Below, piece after piece: positions 24,523-32,000 of a stretch of 32,000 nucleotides of DNA. The position numbers were made by a program, and so were the translations under genes. Location: contig OY970193.1 in NCBI GenBank assembly GCA_963708055.1, positions 5,272,444 to 5,304,443 on the forward strand. The letters run 5' to 3'. The notes beneath the pieces were generated by a model. That model was given only the letters and a program-made list of their open reading frames with translations, did not search any database and was not told the origin of the DNA. Positions within the stretch are counted from its first letter, which is position 1; each line of letters starts with the position of its first letter. The DNA comes from an uncultured Acidobacteriota bacterium (lineage in GTDB: Bacteria; Acidobacteriota; Blastocatellia; Pyrinomonadales; Pyrinomonadaceae).

Positions 24523-25431
24523 TCATCTCCTTGTTCTTTCCGCAGTAGGCTGAGGGCTTGCTTCGGGCACGGAGCGCGGCGGGGGGGTGTATAGCAGCAC
24601 TGCGACTTCCTCAAGATGATCGAGCTGAGCGCCGGGTTGAATCAGAATCTGATGCGCTTGCGTGGCGGTTCCGTTCTTCACGTCAACGACACGGCCGATA
24701 TTCAAACCTGGTGGGTAGATGCCGTCCTGACCCGTCGTCATAACCGAGTCGTTCATTTCCACTTTCTCGAGCCCCGAAACATAACGCATTTCGATCAGGG
24801 CCACGCCAAGATCCGCGCGTCCGCGCACGGAGCCCAGAGCGCCTGACTGTCCGAGTTGGCCCACCACTGCGCCGGCGCCGGCCTTCTCGTCGGTAATCAA
24901 CATCACCTGCGACGCGAATGGACTCACGGTGATGATGCGTCCAACGATTCCGCCGGACGTGACCACCGGCATGTTCATCGCGATGCCGGAAGTTGAGCCA
25001 CGATTGATCGTGATGGTGTTGAACCACACCGAAGGATCGCGTGCAATCACCCGGGCAGGGACGTTTTTGATATCGGTCTTTTCGTTGAGGTTTAGTAGCG
25101 ACTTGAGACGCTCGTTTTCAACTGTCGCCTGGCGAGCGGTGTTGAGCTCATTTTCGACCTGCGTCAGACGCTCTTTGAGCTGCTCGTTCTCGCGTGCGAA
25201 GCTTCGGAAATTCCAGATTTGCTGGAAAAAGCCGGAAGTTGCGCCAGTGGCTTTTGACGAAGCGCTTTGTAGTGGCGCGGCAAACGTCTGGGTCCAGATG
25301 CGCAGCACTTTGTGCTGACCATCGGAGTCCCGAGCGTCAATTGCCATGATGATGAGATTGGCGACGAGCAACGCTACGAGCCAGATGGGGGCTCGCTGGC
25401 GAATCTCTTTTTGTGTGCGAACCGAAGCCAC
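24523..25431 (-). CDS. mreC: Rod shape-determining protein MreC
   Basis: GTG start at 25431 with AGGA 7 nt upstream. N-terminal TM 'PIWLVALLVANLIIMAI', coiled coil 'ENEQLKERLTQVENELNTARQ', and beta-barrel motifs 'GMPVVTSGGIVGRI' and 'VMTTGQDGIYPPGLNIGRV'. Confidence 0.9.
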   Translation of the reverse strand: MASVRTQKEIRQRAPIWLVALLVANLIIMAIDARDSDGQHKVLRIWTQTFAAPLQSASSKATGATSGFFQQIWNFRSFARENEQLKERLTQVENELNTARQATVENERLKSLLNLNEKTDIKNVPARVIARDPSVWFNTITINRGSTSGIAMNMPVVTSGGIVGRIITVSPFASQVMLITDEKAGAGAVVGQLGQSGALGSVRGRADLGVALIEMRYVSGLEKVEMNDSVMTTGQDGIYPPGLNIGRVVDVKNGTATQAHQILIQPGAQLDHLEEVAVLLYTPPPRSVPEASPQPTAERTRR

Positions 25432-25449
25432 AGTAATCCTAAATCATTT

Positions 25450-25519
25450 CCGATTGCCGATTGCCAATTGACGATTTTGGAATTTCCGACTCAAGCAACA
25501 ATTGGCAATCGGCAATCGG
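25450..25519. repeat. Perfect 21-bp inverted repeat of ATTGCC heptamers in the mreB-mreC spacer
   Basis: 25450-25470 'CCGATTGCCGATTGCCAATTG' is the exact reverse complement of 25499-25519. The loop is 28 nt. An extra half-unit 'GATTGGCAAT' lies at 25521-25530. Confidence 0.9.
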
Positions 25520-25533
25520 AGATTGGCAATCAA

Positions 25534-26580
25534 CTACATCCCGCTGGTCATTGTGTTTTCCCACTTCACGCGCTTGAGCAGATCGAAATCAGACAACATC
25601 TTGCCCGTGCCCAGCACGACCGACGCCAGTGGATCATCGGCGAGTGATACCGGGAGTCCGGTTTCGATTGAAAGTCGTTTGTCGAGATTTTTCAGCAGTG
25701 CGCCGCCGCCGGTTAGTACGATGCCGCGTTCGACGATGTCTGCTGAAAGTTCGGGCGGAGTTCGTTCCAAAGCCACGCGCACGGCGTTGATGATGGTGGA
25801 GATCGAATCTGCCAGTGCCTCGCGAACTTCTTCGTCAGTGATCGTGATGGTCTTGGGAATTCCTTCGATCAGATTTCGACCACGCACTTCGTACGACAGT
25901 GGTTCGTCGAGCGGGTAAGCCGAACCCAACTCAATCTTGATCGCTTCGGCAGTCCGTTCACCAATCAACAGATTATATTTTCGTTTGATGTACTGGATGA
26001 TGGCTTCATCCATCTCGTTACCTGCAACGCGCACTGCACGCGAGTAAACAATACCGCTCAAGCTGATGACGGCGATGTCGGTTGTGCCGCCACCGATATC
26101 AACTACCATGTTGCCGTGCGGTTCGGTGATCGGAAGTCCGGCTCCGATAGCTGCCGCCATTGCTTCTTCCACGAGGTAAACTTCCGAAGCCTTGGCCCGA
26201 TAAGCAGAGTCTTCAACCGCGCGTCGTTCCACTTGCGTGATCTCGGAAGGGATCCCGATCACAACCCGCGGGCTCACCCACGTTTTGCCGTTGTGTGCTT
26301 TGCGGATGAAGTGCTGCAACATCTTTTCGGTGACTTCGAAGTTCGCGATGACACCGTCTTTCATAGGACGGATGGCGACGATGTTGCCGGGAGTTCGGCC
26401 CAACATGTCCTTGGCGTCACGTCCGACAGCTTCGACCTGATTAGTTACTTTATTAATTGCGACGATAGACGGTTCGGAGACGACGATGCCGCGTCCTTTT
26501 GCATAAACCAGCGTATTTGCAGTGCCAAGATCAATAGCGAGGTCGCTGGAAAACAGACTAAAGATAGATTTGAACGCCAT
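25534..26580 (-). CDS. mreB: Rod shape-determining actin homologue MreB
   Basis: ATG at 26580. Motifs: '[14 protein letters not shown]', '[12 protein letters not shown]', '[17 protein letters not shown]', '[11 protein letters not shown]'. The full-length match to the MreB pattern is unmistakable. Confidence 0.97.
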   Translation of the reverse strand: MAFKSIFSLFSSDLAIDLGTANTLVYAKGRGIVVSEPSIVAINKVTNQVEAVGRDAKDMLGRTPGNIVAIRPMKDGVIANFEVTEKMLQHFIRKAHNGKTWVSPRVVIGIPSEITQVERRAVEDSAYRAKASEVYLVEEAMAAAIGAGLPITEPHGNMVVDIGGGTTDIAVISLSGIVYSRAVRVAGNEMDEAIIQYIKRKYNLLIGERTAEAIKIELGSAYPLDEPLSYEVRGRNLIEGIPKTITITDEEVREALADSISTIINAVRVALERTPPELSADIVERGIVLTGGGALLKNLDKRLSIETGLPVSLADDPLASVVLGTGKMLSDFDLLKRVKWENTMTSGM

Positions 26581-26743
26581 TTGGACTTATTCACTTCCCG
26601 TGACTGTAGAATGGAACTTCGGGTGGGGTTGGCGGTCAACATCGCCCAAACACGTCCGAAATCCTAAGATACACCCTTAACGTACAAGACGTAAACTGGA
26701 AACTTTACATGAGTTAGCCGCAGATTGCACCGACCGGCTAAGA

Positions 26744-28333
26744 TTACGTCTGCAAATCTGTGGAATCGATGATTTCAGGGATAACGGCGGCGTGTTTGGC
26801 GTGTTCGCGGTCAGACAAATCAGCCGCGAAACGCACGCAGTTTTTGTTCGCTGCTTTAGCCTCATACATTGCCGTATCCGCACATGCGATCAGTTGTTGT
26901 GGAGAGGATGCATGCTTCGGAAATGCCGCCACGCCAAAACTCGCCGTCAAAGAAAGAGACAGTCGCCGGCCGCCATTGAAATTGTGCCGCGTGATCCGGT
27001 GACGGATGCGTTCGGCAACCTGGCCTGCCAGTTCAGTCCCGGTGTCGGGAAGCACGATTACAAATTCGTCGCCGCCGTAACGCGCCACCGCATCAGTGTC
27101 GCGTATCGAAGAGAGGATTACGGCCGCCATCTCCATCAGCACGTGTGAACCGACCAGATGTCCATGCTCGTCGTTGATCTGTTTGAAGTCGTCAAGGTCG
27201 AGAAACAATGCGGCGACGCTGGAACCGTAACGACGCGCGCGACGGATCTCATTCAACAAGAATTGTCGCAGGTAGCGAGCATTGTGCAGCTTCGTGAGAT
27301 CGTCGGTTTGAGAGAGGCGTTCGGCTTCGGCGATGCGAACTGCATTAGCGAGCGCTGAAGCAATCGGCAACGAAAGCGAATCGAGCAGCGCTACGTCAGT
27401 CTTCTTAAACGCACGTGAATTGGAACCCTCGCGAATGCCTTCAACAACACCCAAAATTCGTTCACCGCAGATCAAAGGAACGGCTACGACGAACTGTCCA
27501 CGTTCCTTTCGTTTGACGATGCCCATTCCCGCGGCTGCCCGTTTTGCTGCCTTGCTTTCGGAACCGATTGGGAGATCGCGGTCCATGTCCAGTAACCGTC
27601 CCCACTCTTCTTCGTCTCGCGCGGTCTTCTGACCGGCTTTTCGAACCGCGATCGCTTCGAGCGTGGAACCCTCGAGACCTTTTGAGTCAGAGAACAAGTA
27701 GATGGCCCAACGATCGGCTTTGATTAGATCTTGTAGACCAGCCAGAGCAGTATTGGCCGCCCCGTTTTGATCGCCACTGAAGTGTAACGAGGAGACGAGT
27801 TCATACGCCGCGCGCAGATCTCTCACCTTGATCTTTTTAGGTAGTGACGTTGGCTCCGTTTCAGGAAGCTTTTCGAAAGAAGGTGGAAGCTTCAGTTCGC
27901 CGGTTCCGCCGTGTCCTTCGATTTCTCGGAGGAGGGCCGGAAGTTGTGCTGCCTTGTCGGCAATCGCAAGAAAACCAAGACGCTTGAGAGTTGCGCCATC
28001 AAGACTACGCAAATTGTGACTCTGATAACCGTTTGTCTGGCGGCGACAAGCGACCAGTGGCGCCCCCGGCCAAAACGCCTTTGCGTGATCAATGGCGGTG
28101 TGAAGTTCGACCATGTCAGCGCCCGGCACCACTTCGTAAAGCACCGCTAACGGCGGTGGTCCTTCAGCGTCGCGGAGCCCTTCACGTTTCTGCTGTTGGG
28201 CCAGGGCGACTTCAACTTCAACTTCACGCAATCCTTCGATCAACGTTTTCACACCGGCAGCCCGCAACGCCTCGATCAACTCGTAGGCGGGCGCTTCGTG
28301 AGCATCCGTCAATAGAATTACGTGACTCGACAT
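26744..28333 (-). CDS. Diguanylate cyclase: receiver-like N-domain, GAF-like domain, GGDEF with intact I-site
   Basis: I prefer ATG 28333 ('MSSHVILLTD'), 7 nt after the upstream stop; the track start 28378 is a TTG overlapping that gene. Active site 'RYGGDEF', with 'RDTD' (RxxD) exactly 5 residues upstream. Also 'LFLDLDDFKQINDEHGH'. The central GAF-like region is 'RWAIYLFSD...VVAVPLICGERILGVVE'. Confidence 0.9.
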   Translation of the reverse strand: MSSHVILLTDAHEAPAYELIEALRAAGVKTLIEGLREVEVEVALAQQQKREGLRDAEGPPPLAVLYEVVPGADMVELHTAIDHAKAFWPGAPLVACRRQTNGYQSHNLRSLDGATLKRLGFLAIADKAAQLPALLREIEGHGGTGELKLPPSFEKLPETEPTSLPKKIKVRDLRAAYELVSSLHFSGDQNGAANTALAGLQDLIKADRWAIYLFSDSKGLEGSTLEAIAVRKAGQKTARDEEEWGRLLDMDRDLPIGSESKAAKRAAAGMGIVKRKERGQFVVAVPLICGERILGVVEGIREGSNSRAFKKTDVALLDSLSLPIASALANAVRIAEAERLSQTDDLTKLHNARYLRQFLLNEIRRARRYGSSVAALFLDLDDFKQINDEHGHLVGSHVLMEMAAVILSSIRDTDAVARYGGDEFVIVLPDTGTELAGQVAERIRHRITRHNFNGGRRLSLSLTASFGVAAFPKHASSPQQLIACADTAMYEAKAANKNCVRFAADLSDREHAKHAAVIPEIIDSTDLQT

Positions 28334-28340
28334 CTTCCGT

Positions 28341-29597
28341 TTACGTTTTGCCTCGCGTGCCGCGCGGGGAAAGTGCAACCTTGTACTGGCTGTTGTTCCC
28401 TTGTGAATCCTGTGCTTCGACCGTGAGTTCTCGCGATCCGCTCCCAGCCGTTACCTGAATTTGAAATACGCCATCGGGTGCGGCAATGGTTTCACGCCCA
28501 CTGACACGAATGGTCGTGCCTGGTTCAGCCTTGCCACGCACGAGATAGATGTTGCCACCCAACAATTCCGTGGTGAGATTTGAGACCGCCACTCGAGAGC
28601 CGGTGCCGCGATTGGTTACGACAAACTTGAGTGGATCACTCCAATCGCTGGCCTGACCGCTCGACGCCGTTGCGCGCACACGCCAGAAGTAAACTCCGGG
28701 ACGCAAGTCGCTCGCGCTAAATTCAGTGGCTACCAGTTGATCGCGCTCGATCACCTTTCCATCAGCGACGAAGAACGGTGACGTTGCAACTTCGACGCGA
28801 TAGTAGGAAGGCGTGCCGGATTGTGGACGCTGCCATTTCAGCGCCACATTCGCGGCGCCATTTGAACCAACTGGAACTTGTTCGAGATCGTGTGGTTTTG
28901 CGGGTTGCGGCACATCCAGAAGTTTCTGCGCGGGAGCCAGGCGTCCGGAGTTGTTTACGGAAACGTATTCGCCGCCTTTGATCGAAGTCTTATCGCCGTT
29001 GTGATTAGTAGTTTCGATCGCACCGCTGGCAACTCGAATTTCTTCAGTGCCTTCAGGATTAACACCGAAACTGGCGCTGGTCTTCTCACCCATCGTGTTT
29101 CGCGTCTTGGGTGTTTCGACCACGTTCGTAGTTCCGTCGGCTTGTTGTTCGGTGCGAACCGACAATTGGCCGCTGTCAACCACCACGTGCACATTTGTCT
29201 TTTTGCCATCGTCGGCGCGCGCGTTGTCGCGAACGATGATGGTGCTGTTCGGTTTAACTAAGAGAGTGGATCCGTCGGCCAAACCGATGCGGGCGCGTCC
29301 GCTGGTCTGAGTCTGAACGGTGTCGCCCGGGTAAAGCTCGGTTTCGGCGGTCGCGGGCAGCGTCTCGCGTGTGGCGGCACGGATAACCCGCACGTCGCCT
29401 TCAAACGAAACGAATCTCGCTCCGGCCGGATGATTCACCACCGCTACGTTTCGCAGGGGATTCCCGTATTTCCAAACGTAGAGGGCAGCGCCTGCAGCAA
29501 GGCCGCAGAGGGCGAAGATGGCGATTACCAGATAGACGAAACGCTTCTGAATAATCCACCAATCAAATGCAAAACGACTGGTCTTATTCGCAACCAT
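28341..29597 (-). CDS. Membrane-anchored FecR-domain protein with C-terminal Ig/FN3-like domains
   Basis: ATG at 29597. N-terminal TM 'FVYLVIAIFALCGLAAGAALYVW'. FecR-like domain 'FEGDVRVIRA...LYPGDTVQTQTSGRARIGLADGSTLLVKPNSTIIV'. C-terminal beta-rich segment 'YYRVEVATSPFF...GVYFWRVRA'. Confidence 0.8.
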   Translation of the reverse strand: MVANKTSRFAFDWWIIQKRFVYLVIAIFALCGLAAGAALYVWKYGNPLRNVAVVNHPAGARFVSFEGDVRVIRAATRETLPATAETELYPGDTVQTQTSGRARIGLADGSTLLVKPNSTIIVRDNARADDGKKTNVHVVVDSGQLSVRTEQQADGTTNVVETPKTRNTMGEKTSASFGVNPEGTEEIRVASGAIETTNHNGDKTSIKGGEYVSVNNSGRLAPAQKLLDVPQPAKPHDLEQVPVGSNGAANVALKWQRPQSGTPSYYRVEVATSPFFVADGKVIERDQLVATEFSASDLRPGVYFWRVRATASSGQASDWSDPLKFVVTNRGTGSRVAVSNLTTELLGGNIYLVRGKAEPGTTIRVSGRETIAAPDGVFQIQVTAGSGSRELTVEAQDSQGNNSQYKVALSPRGTRGKT

Positions 29598-29745
29598 TGT
29601 TTAAGTCGAGTTGGGGAAGGGGGCCCAACAAATTGGGACCAGGTGTGAGTCCGTAACGGTGTCGATGGCGTAAAAACGACCAAATCCAGGCAGCAACACT
29701 ACCGGTTCAGGAATTTAACACACGAAGGAAGGTGATTCAAGACGT

Positions 29746-30762
29746 TTAAACGCGGTTTTTATCGGTGCTATCTGGGGCTGGGTCTCCTGGTGGTGGTAAG
29801 TCGAAGTCTGGTGGCAGGTCAACCTGAATGGTTTGTTCGCCTTTTGCGGGTATCAGCAGCGAGGCGACTACCGAACCCACCAGTGCAAGGGCTACAAATC
29901 CAAGGGAAAACTTGATTGGAATATGGACATGTACGGCGCCAAGGAGCATCTTTACGCCGATAAATGTGAGCACGATTGCCAGCCCCGTCCGCAGGTAGCG
30001 AAACTTATCTACGACCCCAGCCAGTAGAAAATACATCGAGCGGAGGCCCAAAATCGCGAAGACGTTTGAGGTGTAAACGATAAAAGTATCGGTTGTAATA
30101 GCGAAAATTGCCGGAATCGAGTCGACCGCAAACACCAAATCAGTGACTTCAACCACGACTAAAACCAACAGCAGCAAAGTACCGGTTTTCTTTCCGTTGA
30201 CCGTAGTGAAGAACTTTTCACCATCGTAGTGCCTGGCAATTGGAAGAAATCGAGTCACAGCCCGGACGATCGGGTTTTGCTCGGGCTGAATGTCAAGCTC
30301 TTCCTGCTTGAACATTTTTATTCCGGTGTAAACCAGAAACGCACCGAAGATATAGATGATCCAGTTAAACCGCTGGATTAGGGCCGCGCCGACAAAGATC
30401 ATTGTCAAACGCATGAACAAGGCACCCATCACGCCCCAAAAGAGCACGCGGTGTTGGAACTTTGCGGGGACTTTGAAGTACGAAAAGATCAGCAGGAAGA
30501 CAAATAGATTATCGACTGAAAGCGATAGCTCGATGAGGTATCCGGTGAGAAATCTAATACCGAGATCTGAGCCCTGGTAGCGAAAAACCAGAAAGGCGAA
30601 GATCATCGCCAGCGTTATCCAGACGGCACTCCAGATCCACGCTTCGCGATATTTGATTGTATGAGCTTTCCGGTTGAACAGTCCCAGGTCCAGACTCAGC
30701 ATCGTGAGAATGAACAAACTGAAGCCGAGCCATAACCAGGATGAGCCGCCAATTGCGTCCAT
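29746..30762 (-). CDS. TerC family integral membrane protein (Alx/TerC-type)
   Basis: Motifs 'YLIELSLSVDNLFVFLLIF' and 'DLVFAVDSIPAIFAIT' are the two TerC signature repeats, with about 9 TM helices. I prefer ATG 30762 ('MDAIGGSSWLWLGF'); the track start 30801 is a TTG. Confidence 0.88.
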   Translation of the reverse strand: MDAIGGSSWLWLGFSLFILTMLSLDLGLFNRKAHTIKYREAWIWSAVWITLAMIFAFLVFRYQGSDLGIRFLTGYLIELSLSVDNLFVFLLIFSYFKVPAKFQHRVLFWGVMGALFMRLTMIFVGAALIQRFNWIIYIFGAFLVYTGIKMFKQEELDIQPEQNPIVRAVTRFLPIARHYDGEKFFTTVNGKKTGTLLLLVLVVVEVTDLVFAVDSIPAIFAITTDTFIVYTSNVFAILGLRSMYFLLAGVVDKFRYLRTGLAIVLTFIGVKMLLGAVHVHIPIKFSLGFVALALVGSVVASLLIPAKGEQTIQVDLPPDFDLPPPGDPAPDSTDKNRV

Positions 30763-30897
30763 GAAGCGCGTAAAATAGCATTTGAATTCCTGTTGGAGCA
30801 AACATCGCCTTGAAAATGTGGCCCTTGACGCCCGTCGCTAGTTGCAGCAATTCCGCCGTCTCACATACAATCCGCAGTTTCTGAAAGGTAATAAACA

Positions 30898-32000
30898 ATG
30901 CTCAAACAACTCGGACGACTCGAACGAACCCGCAATATCGTCATTTTGCTGTTTGCGATCCTGATGATCGTAAGCCTCGTGGTTTTCTACGCCCCCGGCC
31001 GAACCAACATGACTCTCGATCCTACTCGGAATACCGAAGTGGTCGCGAAGGTTGGTTCCGCTCACATCACCGTGGCTGACGTGGCGCGCATTCGCCAAAA
31101 CTACACAGAAATGTTTGGCGGCCGCGTGAGCCTGGCCCAACTCGGTGGCAACAAGCGTTTCCTCGACGGCTTGATCAGCAAGCACGTTATTTCTCAGGAG
31201 GCAGCACGTCTTGGTCTGAGTGCGAGCGACGGCGAAGTTTCCGAGAAGATCCGCAAACAGTTTACCGATTCCGCGGGAAACTTTGTCGGCGTCGACAAAT
31301 ACAAAGACCAGATAAAGGCCCGTTTTGGCGATATCGAGAAGTTTGAGAACGACCTGCGCGACGAGATTGCCCAGGAAAAACTGCGGGCGTTTGTAAGCGC
31401 GAGCGTCAACGTTTCCGATGAGGAAATAGAAGTGGAATACCGCCGGCGCAACACCTCCTTCGACGTGAATTACGTTGCGATTTCCGAAGAGAAGCTGGCG
31501 GAGAAAATTCAGCCCAGTGACGACGAATTGCGCACCTATTTCGAAGGTCACAAGGAAGAATATAAATACACCGATCCCCAGCGAAAAGTTCGCTACGTCT
31601 TCATTAACACGGAAAAAGTTGGTTCGAAACTCGCAATTCCGGATGCCGATCTGAAAACCGAGTTTGACAGTCTTCAGCCAAGATTCAAAGAAGCGGGTTT
31701 CAAGATCCAGCAAATCATTTTGAAAGTCGCGCGCAAGGATCTCGATGCTCAAGTTGAGCAAAAAGCCAAAGACATTATTACCAAACTTCGCGGCACCACC
31801 GGAAAAGCAACCGAAGAAGCATTTGCCGAAGCGGCCCGAGGAAATTCGGAAGATCCCGCGACGGCGCGGAGCGGAGGCTTCCTGGCGGGTCCGTTTAAGA
31901 AAGACGACAACAAACCCAACAGCCTTTACGATCGCGCCGCGGATATGCAAGTCGGAGACGTTTCTGACATTCCGATCCGCTTCGCTGGAAACTGGTACAT
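30898..32000 (+). CDS. ppiD: PpiD-like membrane-anchored periplasmic chaperone / peptidyl-prolyl isomerase (SurA-N domain), 3'-partial
   Basis: This ORF is not in the supplied track because it has no stop inside the window. From ATG 30898 I translated 'MLKQLGRLERTRNIVILLFAILMIVSLVVFYAPGRTNMTLDPTRNTEVVAKVGSAHITVADVARIRQNYTEMFGG...LDGLISKHVISQEAARLGLSASDGEVSEKIRKQF...'. It has an N-terminal TM anchor and a SurA-N-like chaperone domain. 'QQIILKVA...' begins a parvulin-like part. The frame is open to position 32000. Confidence 0.8.
   Translation, partial: MLKQLGRLERTRNIVILLFAILMIVSLVVFYAPGRTNMTLDPTRNTEVVAKVGSAHITVADVARIRQNYTEMFGGRVSLAQLGGNKRFLDGLISKHVISQEAARLGLSASDGEVSEKIRKQFTDSAGNFVGVDKYKDQIKARFGDIEKFENDLRDEIAQEKLRAFVSASVNVSDEEIEVEYRRRNTSFDVNYVAISEEKLAEKIQPSDDELRTYFEGHKEEYKYTDPQRKVRYVFINTEKVGSKLAIPDADLKTEFDSLQPRFKEAGFKIQQIILKVARKDLDAQVEQKAKDIITKLRGTTGKATEEAFAEAARGNSEDPATARSGGFLAGPFKKDDNKPNSLYDRAADMQVGDVSDIPIRFAGNWY

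Noticed and set aside
24379-25530. CRISPR array or sigma-54 promoter in the ATTGCC heptamer arrays
   Set aside because: The units are 7 nt, tandem and inverted, with no spacer-repeat periodicity of 25-40 nt, so this is not CRISPR. 'TTGGCAC' occurs upstream of mreD, but the required TTGC is absent at the -12 position (TGGCAC-N5-AATT).
30763-30897. Possible yybP-ykoY (Mn2+) riboswitch in the leader of the TerC family gene
   Set aside because: TerC/Alx genes are often preceded by this riboswitch. I read the minus-strand leader (UGUUUAUUACCUUUCAGAAACUGCGG...GGCGUCAAGGGCCAC...). I could not find the conserved GGGGAGUAG-type core or the paired four-way-junction pattern. An Infernal/Rfam scan would be decisive.
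30838-31950. 370-aa minus-strand ORF
   Set aside because: It is a shadow ORF antisense to the PpiD-like plus-strand gene. Its translation has no recognisable motifs. The plus-strand frame has a clear TM anchor and SurA-N-like sequence.

Overview
This is a chromosomal segment, probably from an Acidobacteriota-like soil bacterium. That origin is inferred only from gene content: a Ser/Thr kinase-TPR protein, a giant surface protein with CSLREA, PMP-like beta-helix and delta-60 repeats, and dense REP-like palindromes. I support about 26 protein-coding genes, no rRNA or tRNA, no CRISPR array, and no transposase or integrase.

Gene layout:
- 0-9.5 kb: mixed accessory and housekeeping genes. These are a partial 2OG-Fe(II) oxygenase, a Ser/Thr kinase-TPR protein, a Tat-exported serine hydrolase, a VOC gene coupled to a DisA_N/DAC-like gene, a TMEM175-type channel, and DinB-like, YdcF/DUF218 and YceI proteins.
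- 9.6-14.4 kb: one giant surface/adhesin gene of about 1595 aa. It is split into two ORFs by a +1 frame change located exactly at a CTT TGA site.
- 14.57-20.49 kb: the most interesting locus, a tightly packed plus-strand operon. It encodes two paralogous SIR2_2-type proteins (the second has the catalytic His replaced by Tyr), a STAND NTPase with a hydrophobic helix and about 15 WD40 repeats, and a small exported protein. I read it as a candidate undescribed split SIR2/STAND conflict (anti-phage-like) system, related in logic to Avs5 but not fused.
- 20.56-26.58 kb, minus strand: canonical mreB-mreC-mreD-mrdA-rodA. Its intergenic spacers are filled by heptamer-based inverted repeats.
- 26.7-32 kb: a FecR-like gene followed by a GAF-GGDEF gene, a TerC family gene, and a PpiD-like gene. 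The PpiD-like gene runs off the window end and is missing from the supplied ORF track.

Four unrelated palindromic repeat families occur in the intergenic regions. All functional calls come from motif recognition by eye. No database search was run.
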